Source of the DNA: an uncultured Eubacteriales bacterium
GTDB lineage: Bacteria; Bacillota; Clostridia; Christensenellales; Aristaeellaceae
Length of the DNA: 64,000 nucleotides
Direction: 5' to 3'
Assembly (NCBI GenBank): GCA_900553315.1
Contig: USCW01000001.1
Span: 19,949-83,948 of the forward strand
This document shows positions 28,956-37,785 of the stretch, one piece after another; position 1 is the stretch's first letter; every line of letters starts with the position of its first letter. Under the pieces are notes generated by a model. The model had not been told where the DNA came from, ran no database searches, and saw only the letters and a list, made by a program, of their open reading frames with translations. Both the position numbers and the translations under genes were made by a program.

Positions 28956-29001
28956 CAACGCAAACCGCGATCTGCCATCCGGCAGACCGCAGTTTGCGTT
29001 G
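28956..29001. other. strong stem-loop without a U-tract
   Basis: CAACGCAAACCGCGATCTGCC-ATCC-GGCAGACCGCAGTTTGCGTTG. 19 of 21 positions pair. Starts 22 nt after the spoIIP stop. Confidence 0.6.
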
Positions 29002-29023
29002 GAAAGATGGTTCAAGCTTGTAG

Positions 29024-29191
29024 TTAAGGCAATACCGCACAAATGAGTTGGTGCGGAGGCGAATGAATTTTTCGTCAGATGCAATGGCAGATTTTGAAGG
29101 TTTACTGGAGGTAAATCGAAAAATCTGCAAGCAGCAGATGGCGGAAAAGGCATCGCCTACGCTGCCAACGAATTGTGCGGTATTGCCTTAA
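29024..29191. repeat. perfect 19-bp inverted repeat bracketing a 130-bp segment
   Basis: 29024-29042 TTAAGGCAATACCGCACAA is the exact reverse complement of 29173-29191. The right arm contains the ispDF stop codon. Confidence 0.85.
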
Positions 29192-30360
29192 TATTCCTGC
29201 ACCATGCACACGGCTTGTGCACTAATTCCCTCCTGAGCACCTTCAAAGCCAAGCTTTTCTGTTGTTGTGACCTTGATATTAACACGCGCTTCATCCAGTC
29301 CCAGAACACATGCTACATTGCTTCGCATTTGTGAAATATAGGGAAGCAGCTTAGGTTTTTGTGCAACGATGGTCACATCAGCGTTTGTAACTCGCGCATG
29401 ATGTGCGTGCAGCAGCGCCACGACATGCTCCAACAGCTTCATGCTGTCTGCTCCGGCATAGGCCGCATCCGTATCCGGAAAATGCTTGCCAATGTCGCCC
29501 AGTGCCATGGCTCCCAGCATGGCGTCCATCAGCGCGTGCAGCGCCACATCAGCATCGCTGTGACCCAAAAGTCCCAGCGTGTGCGGAACCTCTACGCCGC
29601 AAAGAATCAGCTTGCGTCCTGTTACCAGCCGATGCACGTCATATCCTTGTCCGACACGCAGCGTGGGCAATGGCGGCGGCTGTGGAGTCTTGAGAAGCGC
29701 TTCAGCCCGAATCATATCCTGCGGTGTGGTGAGCTTGAAATTCTCTTCACTGCCTGCTGTCAAATGCACCGGCACGCCCATACGCTCGACAAGGGAAGCA
29801 TCGTCTGTTCCACGAAACCCTTCAGCCTCTGCTTGCTGATGAGCTTTGCGCAGAAGCTCAACCGTGAAACCTTGTGGCGTTTGAACAGCACGGAGACAGC
29901 CGCGATCCGGCGTTTCGGCAACGCATTCCTGCGTATCGACCAGCTTGATGGTGTCCACGACCCTGATAGCTGCAACACCCGTGCCATAACGATCAACGCT
30001 GTTCATGGCCCGAAGAATGACCTCAGGCGTTACCAGCGCACGGGCAGCGTCATGAACCAATACTTTATCGCAATCAGCGGGCAATGCCGCCAATCCATTA
30101 TGCACGGAGCCCTGACGATCTGAACCGCCGGGAACATAGGCGCAGACGGTATCAGACAGGCCAACGGAAGTCATAAGCGTTTTACAAACCGTAATTTCTT
30201 CTGGCTGTGCGACCAGCACAATGCCCTTTACCAATCCACGAAAGGCGCAAATAGAACGGCACAGCATAGGCTCTCCTGCCAAGGGCAAAAACACCTTATT
30301 GCAGTCCGCACCCATACGACTTCCGCTTCCGCCTGCCAGCATGATCGTATACCAAGCCAT
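29188..30360 (-). CDS. ispDF: bifunctional MEP cytidylyltransferase / MEcPP synthase
   Basis: N-terminal IspD (LAGGSGSRMG). C-terminal IspF (GQGYDVHRL...GHSDADV...). AAGGAGG Shine-Dalgarno. Confidence 0.92.
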   Translation of the reverse strand: MAWYTIMLAGGSGSRMGADCNKVFLPLAGEPMLCRSICAFRGLVKGIVLVAQPEEITVCKTLMTSVGLSDTVCAYVPGGSDRQGSVHNGLAALPADCDKVLVHDAARALVTPEVILRAMNSVDRYGTGVAAIRVVDTIKLVDTQECVAETPDRGCLRAVQTPQGFTVELLRKAHQQAEAEGFRGTDDASLVERMGVPVHLTAGSEENFKLTTPQDMIRAEALLKTPQPPPLPTLRVGQGYDVHRLVTGRKLILCGVEVPHTLGLLGHSDADVALHALMDAMLGAMALGDIGKHFPDTDAAYAGADSMKLLEHVVALLHAHHARVTNADVTIVAQKPKLLPYISQMRSNVACVLGLDEARVNIKVTTTEKLGFEGAQEGISAQAVCMVQEY

Positions 30361-30373
30361 ACGCTGTTCCTCC

Positions 30374-30646
30374 TTAATTGCGCTCCTGCGCTACGCCGTC
30401 ATCCTCCGAGAGAATGCGGTACATCTCTGCGGCCCCTTCCTTGCGGACGTGTTCGGTGATGGAGAGAATTTCATAACGGCCATAGCGGTCGCCAAAACGA
30501 ATTGTCATTTCGTCGCCAACCTTTACTTCGGCTCCGGGCTTAGCGACCTTACCGTTTAAGGTAACGCGGCCGCCGGAGCAGGCCTCGTTAGCTACCGTCC
30601 GCCGCTTAATAATACGGGATACTTTCAAATATTTATCCAGTCGCAT
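30374..30646 (-). CDS. S4-domain RNA-binding protein (YabO/RqcP-like)
   Basis: MRLDKYLKVSRIIKRR..A......GRV.LNG...KP. Position after yabN and hup matches the Bacillus yabN-yabO order. Confidence 0.8.
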   Translation of the reverse strand: MRLDKYLKVSRIIKRRTVANEACSGGRVTLNGKVAKPGAEVKVGDEMTIRFGDRYGRYEILSITEHVRKEGAAEMYRILSEDDGVAQERN

Positions 30647-30663
30647 AACGCGTCTCCTTTTAT

Positions 30664-30696
30664 GAAAAAAGCCCGCAGGAGAATTTTCCCGCGGGC
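30664..30696 (-). terminator. intrinsic terminator after hup
   Basis: GCCCGCGGG...CCTGCGGGC stem plus TTTTTTCAT on the minus strand. Confidence 0.75.
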
Positions 30697-30714
30697 AAGC
30701 GTTCCCAGTTAAGC

Positions 30715-30990
30715 TTACTTGTTGACGCTGTCCTTCAGCGCCTTGCCAGCCTTAAAGACGGGCGCCTTGGAGGCTTCGATCTTGATTTCCTCACCGGTGC
30801 GGGGATTGCGTGCAGTGCGAGCTTCGCGGGTCTTTACCTCGAAGGAACCGAAGCCGACGATCTGAATCTTTTCACCGTTGGCCAGCGCCTCAGTCACGAC
30901 ATCTACAAACGCATTGATGGCCTTTTCAGCATCCTTCTTGTTGGAGCCGGTCTTCTCGGCCAGGGCGGCAGTCAGTTCAGTCTTGTTCAT
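30715..30990 (-). CDS. hup: DNA-binding protein HU
   Basis: MNKTELTAALAEKTG...GFGSFEVK.R.AR.ARNP.TGE.I. AGGAGG upstream of ATG 30990. Confidence 0.93.
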   Translation of the reverse strand: MNKTELTAALAEKTGSNKKDAEKAINAFVDVVTEALANGEKIQIVGFGSFEVKTREARTARNPRTGEEIKIEASKAPVFKAGKALKDSVNK

Positions 30991-31076
30991 AGGAAACTCC
31001 TCCTTATTGTGTTTACGTGCCATAATGGCTTGATAAAGGCTTACCAAACGAACGTCCCATAAAAAGGCCGCTCGGG

Positions 31077-32537
31077 TCAGCTACGTCCGGATAACGCTTT
31101 GACCCTCTCCCAGTATACATCCATTTCGTGTAAAGTCAAGCCTTCCAACGATTTTCCGTCTTTTTTGATACAATTTTCCATGGCCTCAAACCGTCGGATA
31201 AACTTCTCCGTTGCCGCTCGCAGCAGCAGCTCAGGCTGCTTTCCGCATAGGCGCACAACGGTCACGCAGGAAAACAGCAGGTCTCCCAGCTCCTCGCCGG
31301 GATCACGTTTGTTCTGCAATTCCTCCAGTACTTCATTGGCTTCTTCTGTGACCTTTGGCAATGCTGCAACGGGATCATCCCAATCGAAGCCAACCTGCTT
31401 GGCCTTGCTCTGTACTTTTGCGGCACGCATGAGCGCGGGCAGACCGGGAGCAACGTCATGCATGGCTGCTGAGAGCGAATCAAGAAGCTTTTCCGCCTTT
31501 TTCAACTGCTCCCAGTTATCAGAAACTTCTTCTGCATTATGGTGGACGGTATCGTTAAAAATATGCGGATGCCGCCGAATCATCTTGCTGCAAATGGCCG
31601 TAGTAATATCCAAATCCGTAAAGGCGCCGTGCTCTGCCGCAATGCAGCCGTGGAAGACAACTTGTAGGAGTACATCGCCCAATTCATCAGCAATACGATC
31701 ATCGTCGCCGCCGTCAATGGCATCCACCGCTTCGTAGGCTTCCTCAATCAGATAGGTGCGCAGAGACTCGTGTGTCTGCTCCCGATCCCAAGGACAGCCC
31801 TCGGGACTGCGCAGAAGCTTCATGATTTCCTCAAGGTCAGCAAAACAGAAGCGTTCTCGTTCCTTCAAAGGAACAGCGGGCACATATATGCAGCAGGTAT
31901 GATCGAACTTCTTCTGCCGATCCATTTCATAAAGTGGAATCAGCTGCACCTTGCGCGGAAATTTTTCAGAAGGGGCGAAGAATGCGATTTTCATTTCCTC
32001 AGGGTACAACTCAGACAGCCAAAGCTTCACGTCGCCGGCAAGCTCCGCTTTGTCGATCTCCGTAATCAGCATAGGCATTCGCGGATCATAAACTGATTTT
32101 TGCAAGGCTAACGCGGGAAGCGTGCGAATGCCTTCGCGCTCATTGTGCAGCGAGGCCGGAAGCGCCGCCAGACAGGCTTGCGCGGCGGAGATGCCGGGAA
32201 CAACTGTGACTGCTGCATTTTCCGGCGCTGTTTGCATCAGACGTGCTACGGAAGCATCGCAGGTCGCGTCCATCACAGCATAGGTGAGGGGGGTAGTCTC
32301 TGCCATTTGCCACAACTGTGCTGCAATCGCATCGTTCAGGCTATCAAAATCCTCAAAGGTGTCATAAAGCGTATCGAAATCGGTAAAGGTAATGCCTTCC
32401 GACTGCAAATAGGGCACGCAGCCGTGACGTGCGGTACGCAAGACCAGCTTTTTCGCATGGTGCAGCTGTTTATCTGCGGCAAGCGTCAGCAGCTCGGGAG
32501 CGCCCGGTCCCAATGACACCACATAGATCGTATGCAT
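31077..32537 (-). CDS. tetrapyrrole-methylase-like domain + MazG NTP pyrophosphohydrolase (YabN family)
   Basis: C-terminal tandem MazG repeats (EEAYE..DAI, E.GD.L...V). N-terminal methylase-like fold. Same context as Bacillus yabN. Confidence 0.85.
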   Translation of the reverse strand: MHTIYVVSLGPGAPELLTLAADKQLHHAKKLVLRTARHGCVPYLQSEGITFTDFDTLYDTFEDFDSLNDAIAAQLWQMAETTPLTYAVMDATCDASVARLMQTAPENAAVTVVPGISAAQACLAALPASLHNEREGIRTLPALALQKSVYDPRMPMLITEIDKAELAGDVKLWLSELYPEEMKIAFFAPSEKFPRKVQLIPLYEMDRQKKFDHTCCIYVPAVPLKERERFCFADLEEIMKLLRSPEGCPWDREQTHESLRTYLIEEAYEAVDAIDGGDDDRIADELGDVLLQVVFHGCIAAEHGAFTDLDITTAICSKMIRRHPHIFNDTVHHNAEEVSDNWEQLKKAEKLLDSLSAAMHDVAPGLPALMRAAKVQSKAKQVGFDWDDPVAALPKVTEEANEVLEELQNKRDPGEELGDLLFSCVTVVRLCGKQPELLLRAATEKFIRRFEAMENCIKKDGKSLEGLTLHEMDVYWERVKALSGRS

Positions 32538-32552
32538 ATCCGTTCAGCCTCC

Positions 32553-34139
32553 TTAGGAATGTGAGGGACGTTTTGCCTTGCCGCAGCGAAAGGAGCGGAA
32601 GTCCTCTGGAGTCACAGCCTTGACCAGCAGCGCAACGCCGATATAAACTGCTACGCCTAGGGCGATCTCTACCAGCGTAGTTAGACGATTCAGCGGCAGC
32701 AGCTCCCGCAAAAGGAAAACAACCAGTCCCATGGCAGCTGTCGCTGCGCCGGGGCGCACGACCCAGCCCATCCAATTAAACTTCACATGTCCGTACTTCA
32801 GGACAAAGTATAGATTCGGCAGCATAGCTATCGAGTAGCAGACGAGCGATGCAACAGGGCCGCCATGAATATGGAAGCCGGGAATACCTACCAGAATGTA
32901 ATTCAACAAGATTTTGCAGCTTACGCCCGCAATCATAGTATACATGGGAATGCGCTGTTTGTGCAGCCCTTGCAGAATGCTGCTGGTAGCCTGTACAACG
33001 GTGAAGAGCAGCACCGTCAGACTAGATACCGTCAGGAGCTCGCTGGCAACCTGTAAATGCTCTGCCGTCAGCGTTTCTGCATAGAAGAAAGCCATGATCG
33101 GTTTGGCCAACAAGCTCATGCCAATGGAGCAGGGGAAACCAATCAGGAAGGCAAAGCGGAGACCGATGTCGCTCTGACGTGCGATTACGTTATTATCATT
33201 GATGGCTTTGGCAGCAGAAATGGCCGGAACCAAACTCATAGCTACTGCTAACGCAAGCCCGGTGGGGATGTTGATGAGGCGAATAACGAGTCCGGAAAAC
33301 AAGCCGTAAAGAGGCAACGCTTCCTCACGCGTAAGACCGGAGGCAATCATTCGATTAAGTAGCATGGTGGAGTCCACAAACTGCGCCAGCGGGACGATGC
33401 ACGCGCTGATCGTAATCGGGATGGCAATACGAATCAAGCGGCTTGCGAGGGTCTTCCCACTGTAAATTTCCGCCGCATCATCCTGTGGAATCTGCTCGAA
33501 ATTGTTGCGGCGGCGCAGATAGAGGATAATCATGTACAGTAGCGCCAAGGCTTCGACAACCGTAATGCCAAGCAAGGCTCCCGCAGCGCCATAGGCCATC
33601 CCGCGTTGGGAGCCAATATAGGCCAGTGGCAGGGAGATAAAGACCTTTCCTACCTGCTCGATCAACTGCGAAGTAGCCGTAGGCACCATATTCTGCTGGC
33701 CTTGCATAAAGCCGCGGAACGCGGACAATGCACAAACCATGACCAGACAGGGTGCAATAGCAATATAGCCCGGAGCGGCCTGCGGTTCACCGACGCGAGT
33801 CGCCAAAAACTGATTCCCGACAAGCATCAGGATCGTGCAGATGAGTCCCAGCACCGTCAGCATCCACAGCGCAATGCGGAAAACGCGCTTTGCATTGTGC
33901 GGATCATCCTTTGCCAAACAATGAGACACCATGCGCGAGATGGCGACAGGCAAACCGGCTGACGAGACCGTCAGCAGCAGATTATAGGTTGGAAAAACCA
34001 GCTGAAACAGAGCCATACCCTCGGCACCGATCAGCCATGTCAACGGAATGCTGAACAGCACACCGACCAGCTTACAGATAATGCCGGTGATACCCAGTAC
34101 GGTCATGCCGCCCACAAGAGATTTTTGCGTTTTCGACAA
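32553..34139 (-). CDS. MOP-superfamily polysaccharide/lipid II flippase (YabM/SpoVB/MurJ-like)
   Basis: 528 aa with about 14 TM segments. TTG start. Synteny with yabN. Confidence 0.75.
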   Translation of the reverse strand: MSKTQKSLVGGMTVLGITGIICKLVGVLFSIPLTWLIGAEGMALFQLVFPTYNLLLTVSSAGLPVAISRMVSHCLAKDDPHNAKRVFRIALWMLTVLGLICTILMLVGNQFLATRVGEPQAAPGYIAIAPCLVMVCALSAFRGFMQGQQNMVPTATSQLIEQVGKVFISLPLAYIGSQRGMAYGAAGALLGITVVEALALLYMIILYLRRRNNFEQIPQDDAAEIYSGKTLASRLIRIAIPITISACIVPLAQFVDSTMLLNRMIASGLTREEALPLYGLFSGLVIRLINIPTGLALAVAMSLVPAISAAKAINDNNVIARQSDIGLRFAFLIGFPCSIGMSLLAKPIMAFFYAETLTAEHLQVASELLTVSSLTVLLFTVVQATSSILQGLHKQRIPMYTMIAGVSCKILLNYILVGIPGFHIHGGPVASLVCYSIAMLPNLYFVLKYGHVKFNWMGWVVRPGAATAAMGLVVFLLRELLPLNRLTTLVEIALGVAVYIGVALLVKAVTPEDFRSFRCGKAKRPSHS

Positions 34140-34261
34140 ATGGATGCCGTCCCTTCCTGCTGAAATTTCATATTATTCATAAGAATACGGTTCATTATAC
34201 GACGAAATTACCGGGAACACAAGCGCCGCACGGCACAATTCACTCCGTGGAATTGCCTATG

Positions 34262-34302
34262 CGCAAAATAGTATCCCCCGTGCAGCATATCGCCACACGG
34301 GG
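34262..34302 (-). terminator. candidate terminator after pyrG
   Basis: CCCCGTG...CACGGGG stem followed by GATACTATTTTG on the minus strand. Confidence 0.5.
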
Positions 34303-34323
34303 AAGCATCACAATTTAGACGGA

Positions 34324-35916
34324 TTATTGCAGCGCTGCACGCAGGAAGGCTACAAACAGCGGATGAGGCTTGTTCGGACGGGAAATAAATTCGGGATGAT
34401 AGATCGTACCTACGTAGAAAGGATGATCCTTCATTTCAAAAACCTCGGGGAAGTGATCTTCCACGCTCACGCCGCTGAATACAAAGCCTTTCTCTGCCAA
34501 CGGAGCAACGACCGAAGCGTCCACCTCATAACGGTTGCCGTGGCGTTCGGCGATAACGTCCTTCCCGTAAATTGCCTTTACTATACCATCGCTCAGTTCA
34601 ATTTCCTGACGCCCCATGCGTGCAGCACGGCGGCTGTCATTAACGGTAATACGCTCTTCGGGAATACGCACCACAGGATGCGCAGTCAGCGGGTCGACCT
34701 CCGTAGAATTTGCGTCCTTGATGTTGAGCAGATTACGAACGGCTGCCACAACGCTCAACTGCATACCGTAGCCGATCGCAAAGAAGGGGATATGGTGTGC
34801 ACGAGCATAAGAGGCTGCCGCCACGATGCCCTCTGCGCCGCGATCGCCGTATCCGCCGGGAGCGATGATTCCATCATAGCCCTGAAGCTGGCCTTCCGCG
34901 TTATCCATGGAAATCTCTTCGCTGTTCAGCCAAGAAAGCTTTACCTCTACATGGTGTGCGATTGCCGCATGGGTCAGCGCCTCGGCAACCGAAAGATAAG
35001 CGTCATGCAGCGCTACATATTTGCCTACCAGCGCGATCTTCACGGTGCGTGTGGGCGTCAGATAGCGCTGTGCCAGCTCCTTCCAGTCCTCCAGATCGAC
35101 CTGCGCGGGCTGGAGCTCCAGCTCACGGCAAACAATATCCGCCAAGCCTTCTTTTTCCAGCATCAGTGGAACCTCGTATAGCGTAGGCGCATCAGCATTT
35201 TGGACAACATTACCCGTTTTCACATTGCAGAACAGCGCAATCTTGTCCTTGGCCTCGGTAGTGATCGGCACTTCAGTACGGCAGACGATCACATCCGGCT
35301 GAATACCGATGGAACGCAAAGCCTTCACGCTGTGCTGGGTGGGCTTGGTCTTCATTTCACCGGCTACGGAAATATAGGGGAGCAGGGTTACATGAATGAA
35401 GCAGGTGTTGTGCGCGCCAACCTCCCACTTGAGCTGACGAATGGCTTCCAAGTAGGGCGCGGATTCCATATCGCCCACGGTGCCGCCGATTTCGATGATT
35501 GCAATATCCGCACCACTATTGGCGGCGGCCTTCTGAATACGATCCTTAATCTCATTCGTCACATGGGGAATGACCTGCACGGTGCCGCCCTTGTACTCGC
35601 CGCGAAGCTCACGCTCCATGATGCTCTTATGCACCTTGCCGGTCGTTACGCTGGCTTCACCGCGCAGATTTTCATCCGTAAAGCGCTCATAGTGGCCCAG
35701 ATCCAAGTCGGCAGCCACGCCATCGTCCGTAATGAAGGCCTCTCCATGCTGAAGCGGGCTCAGCAGACCAGGATCCACATTATAATAAGGATCGCACTTC
35801 TGCATTGAGACCTTATAGCCGCGTGCCTTCAGAAGCCGCCCTAAAGAGGCCGCCGTAATGCCCTTGCCCAGAGAGGAAACCACACCGCCGGTGACGAAAA
35901 CGTACTTTGCTGCCAT
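34324..35916 (-). CDS. pyrG: CTP synthase
   Basis: MAAKYVFVTGGVVSSLGKGI N-terminus. C-terminal glutamine amidotransferase domain. Confidence 0.95.
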   Translation of the reverse strand: MAAKYVFVTGGVVSSLGKGITAASLGRLLKARGYKVSMQKCDPYYNVDPGLLSPLQHGEAFITDDGVAADLDLGHYERFTDENLRGEASVTTGKVHKSIMERELRGEYKGGTVQVIPHVTNEIKDRIQKAAANSGADIAIIEIGGTVGDMESAPYLEAIRQLKWEVGAHNTCFIHVTLLPYISVAGEMKTKPTQHSVKALRSIGIQPDVIVCRTEVPITTEAKDKIALFCNVKTGNVVQNADAPTLYEVPLMLEKEGLADIVCRELELQPAQVDLEDWKELAQRYLTPTRTVKIALVGKYVALHDAYLSVAEALTHAAIAHHVEVKLSWLNSEEISMDNAEGQLQGYDGIIAPGGYGDRGAEGIVAAASYARAHHIPFFAIGYGMQLSVVAAVRNLLNIKDANSTEVDPLTAHPVVRIPEERITVNDSRRAARMGRQEIELSDGIVKAIYGKDVIAERHGNRYEVDASVVAPLAEKGFVFSGVSVEDHFPEVFEMKDHPFYVGTIYHPEFISRPNKPHPLFVAFLRAALQ

Positions 35917-35965
35917 GATAACGCTCCTTTTCCCTTGGTAAATAGGTATAGAAACACTAAAGATT

Positions 35966-35995
35966 ATTGTATAAGGTCTGAGGGCAGCTTGTCAA
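35966..35995 (-). promoter_or_regulatory. candidate sigma-A promoter for pyrG
   Basis: Minus strand TTGACA-18 nt-TACAAT. Confidence 0.5.
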
Positions 35996-36052
35996 GGGTG
36001 AAATGAAATCTTGCAGACGCAAAAAAAGTTTTAAAAAATTTTGAAATACCCC

Positions 36053-36081
36053 TAGACAAAACGCTCTTTATTTGTTATACT
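36053..36081 (+). promoter_or_regulatory. tRNA operon promoter with A/T-rich UP-like element
   Basis: TAGACA-17 nt-TATACT with TGt extended -10. Preceded by an AAAAAAAGTTTTAAAAAATTTTGAAATA tract. Confidence 0.6.
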
Positions 36082-36097
36082 GCCACGCGTGGCCTTT

Positions 36098-36173
36098 GCC
36101 AATATAGCTCAGTTGGTAGAGCGGCTGATTCGTAATCAGCAGGTCATGGGTTCGAGTCCCATTATTGGCTCCA
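36098..36173 (+). tRNA. tRNA-Thr (anticodon CGT), CCA encoded
   Basis: Manual cloverleaf: acceptor GCCAATA/TATTGGC, D arm GCTC/GAGC, anticodon stem GCTGA/TCAGC with loop TTCGTAA, T arm ATGGG-TTCGAGT-CCCAT. Confidence 0.9.
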
Positions 36174-36177
36174 TTTT

Positions 36178-36251
36178 CGAGGTGTAGCGCAGTTTGGTAG
36201 CGCGTTTGGTTCGGGACCAAAAGGTCGCGGGTTCGAATCCCGCCACTTCGA
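36178..36251 (+). tRNA. tRNA-Pro (anticodon CGG), CCA not encoded
   Basis: Acceptor CGAGGTG/CACTTCG (one G-U pair), D arm GCGC/GCGC, anticodon stem TTTGG/CCAAA with loop TTCGGGA, T arm GCGGG-TTCGAAT-CCCGC. Confidence 0.9.
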
Positions 36252-36260
36252 CATGATGTA

Positions 36261-36294
36261 CGCCCTTGAGAGTCAAGGGCGATTTTCTTTTATT
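36261..36294 (+). terminator. intrinsic terminator after the tRNA pair
   Basis: CGCCCTTGA-GAG-TCAAGGGCG followed by ATTTTCTTTTATT. Confidence 0.8.
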
Positions 36295-36321
36295 CAGAAA
36301 CTTCCCATTCGTGTTTTTTCA

Positions 36322-36330
36322 TGATATAAT
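36322..36330 (+). promoter_or_regulatory. candidate extended -10 element for proC
   Basis: TGaTATAAT about 30 nt upstream of the proC start. No good -35. Confidence 0.35.
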
Positions 36331-36361
36331 GAAGCGCGAAACAGAAAGGGGAGTAATGACA

Positions 36362-37168
36362 ATGAAACGCCTTGGTTTTATTGGCGCAGGCAATATGGGG
36401 AGAGCGATTCTTTCCGGAGCGCTGTACCATGGCATATTGAAAGAATCGGAAATTATCGTAAGTGCTAAGACAAAGAAGACACTGGATGCTTTGACAGCGA
36501 TGCATAGCGACTTGACGTGTACGCTGGACAATCGTCAGGTTGCCCGCGAGAGTGAAATTGTTTTATTGGCTGTCAAGCCGCAATATCTTCATGAGGTACT
36601 TACGGATATCCATGATGAGCTGCGCGGAAAGGCTGTGCTCTCCATAGCCGCAGGCTGGACGATGCAAATGCTGCAAGCTGAAATGGCAGAGTTGAGAATC
36701 GAACTCCTGCGTGCCATGCCGAACACGCCGGTGAAGGTGGGAGAGGGCATGACTGCTATATGCGAGGAGCATACTTTTTCAAAGCCCCACTTTGATTTTG
36801 TTATGCAGCTTTTTTCTGCTGTGGGACGTGTTGCAGTTGTCCCGGAAAAGCTGTTTGACGGTGTTATTGCAGTCAGCGGAAGCAGCCCCGCTTATTTATA
36901 TATGATGCTGGAAGCCATGGGGGATGCGGCTGTGCGCGAGGGCTTGCCGCGGAAGACCGCCTATGAGATGGCAGCGCAATCCATGGTCGGCGCTGCAAAG
37001 ATGCTGCTGGAAACAGGAGAGCATCCGGGGATGCTTAAAGATGCCGTATGCTCCCCGGCAGGGACAACCATTGAAGCCGTTGCCAGTCTGGAAAAGAGCG
37101 GTTTTCGCAGCGCCGTTATGGAAGCCATGGCGGTCTGTGCAGAAAAATCGCGCCAGATGGCAAAGTAA
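36362..37168 (+). CDS. proC: pyrroline-5-carboxylate reductase
   Basis: GFIGAGNMGRAI NADP fold and C-terminal SPAGTTIE motif. The ORF-track start at 36266 lies inside the tRNA terminator, so I trimmed to ATG 36362 (GGGGAG 8 nt upstream). Confidence 0.9.
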   Translation: MKRLGFIGAGNMGRAILSGALYHGILKESEIIVSAKTKKTLDALTAMHSDLTCTLDNRQVARESEIVLLAVKPQYLHEVLTDIHDELRGKAVLSIAAGWTMQMLQAEMAELRIELLRAMPNTPVKVGEGMTAICEEHTFSKPHFDFVMQLFSAVGRVAVVPEKLFDGVIAVSGSSPAYLYMMLEAMGDAAVREGLPRKTAYEMAAQSMVGAAKMLLETGEHPGMLKDAVCSPAGTTIEAVASLEKSGFRSAVMEAMAVCAEKSRQMAK

Positions 37169-37179
37169 GGAGAAATCTT

Positions 37180-37674
37180 ATGGAAAATGCTACGCCTACT
37201 GCACCGCGTAAGCAGGTGCAGATTTATACGGATGGAGCTTGTTCCGGTAATCCGGGACCGGGCGGTTGGGGAGCCATTCTGGTTTTCGGTGCGCACCGCA
37301 AGGAAATGAACGGCTACATGGCAGGGACAACCAATAATCGCATGGAGTTGTTCGCGGCAATTAGTGCATTGGGAGCTCTAAAGGAGCCCTGCGATGTGAA
37401 GCTCTATTCCGATTCTAATTATCTGGTACAGGCGTTTCAGGATCATTGGATCGACGGCTGGAAAAAGCGCGGCTGGAAGAATGCCGCAGGTCAGCCGGTC
37501 GAGAATCAAGATCTTTGGTGGTTGCTGATTACGCTTACAAAAAAACATAACGTACAGTTTTACAAGGTCAAGGGTCACAGCGATCATCCCGAAAATAACC
37601 GATGTGATGAGTTGGCGCGGGCCGCAATTGATGAGTTCCGGCGCATTAACACGCCCCATGAAATGAAGGAATGA
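37180..37674 (+). CDS. rnhA: ribonuclease HI
   Basis: IYTDGACSGNPGPGGWG, TNNRMEL and VKGHSDHPENNRCDELA motifs. Confidence 0.92.
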   Translation: MENATPTAPRKQVQIYTDGACSGNPGPGGWGAILVFGAHRKEMNGYMAGTTNNRMELFAAISALGALKEPCDVKLYSDSNYLVQAFQDHWIDGWKKRGWKNAAGQPVENQDLWWLLITLTKKHNVQFYKVKGHSDHPENNRCDELARAAIDEFRRINTPHEMKE

Positions 37675-37682
37675 CTGCAAGG

Positions 37683-37713
37683 GGAAGGGGAGAAGAAATT
37701 CTCCTCTTCCTTT
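37683..37713 (+). terminator. candidate terminator after rnhA
   Basis: GGAAGGGGAGAA-GAAA-TTCTCCTCTTCC, then TTT. Confidence 0.55.
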
Positions 37714-37723
37714 AGAAATCTTT

Positions 37724-37757
37724 AACTATTCGCTAAACCATAGTTTCACGAATAGTT
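37724..37757. repeat. 9-bp perfect palindrome arms upstream of the recombinase gene
   Basis: AACTATTCG-16 nt-CGAATAGTT, ending 29 nt before the recombinase ATG. Confidence 0.7.
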
Positions 37758-37785
37758 TGATTTGAAAATACCTGAGGAGGCACCT

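Noticed and set aside
29063-29191. 42-codon ORF (MNFSSDAMADFEGLLEVNRKICKQQMAEK...) inside the 19-bp inverted-repeat-bracketed segment.
   Set aside because: The GGAGG lies only 3 nt from the ATG, which is too close. There is no recognisable motif. The ORF runs into the repeat arm and the ispDF stop. An RNA or DNA-level role for the region seems more likely, though this is not excluded.
36266-36361. N-terminal extensions of many ORF-track entries. Examples: 36266 for proC, 1828 for DUF1653, 19218 for the Rieske gene, 52834 for rnhB, 53663 for rbgA, 62283 for lexA, 60245 for recG, 27040 for the membrane protein.
   Set aside because: The extensions run through terminators, promoters or upstream genes. 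They lack Shine-Dalgarno sequences and are not part of the conserved N-termini of these families. Internal starts with proper Shine-Dalgarno spacing were used instead.
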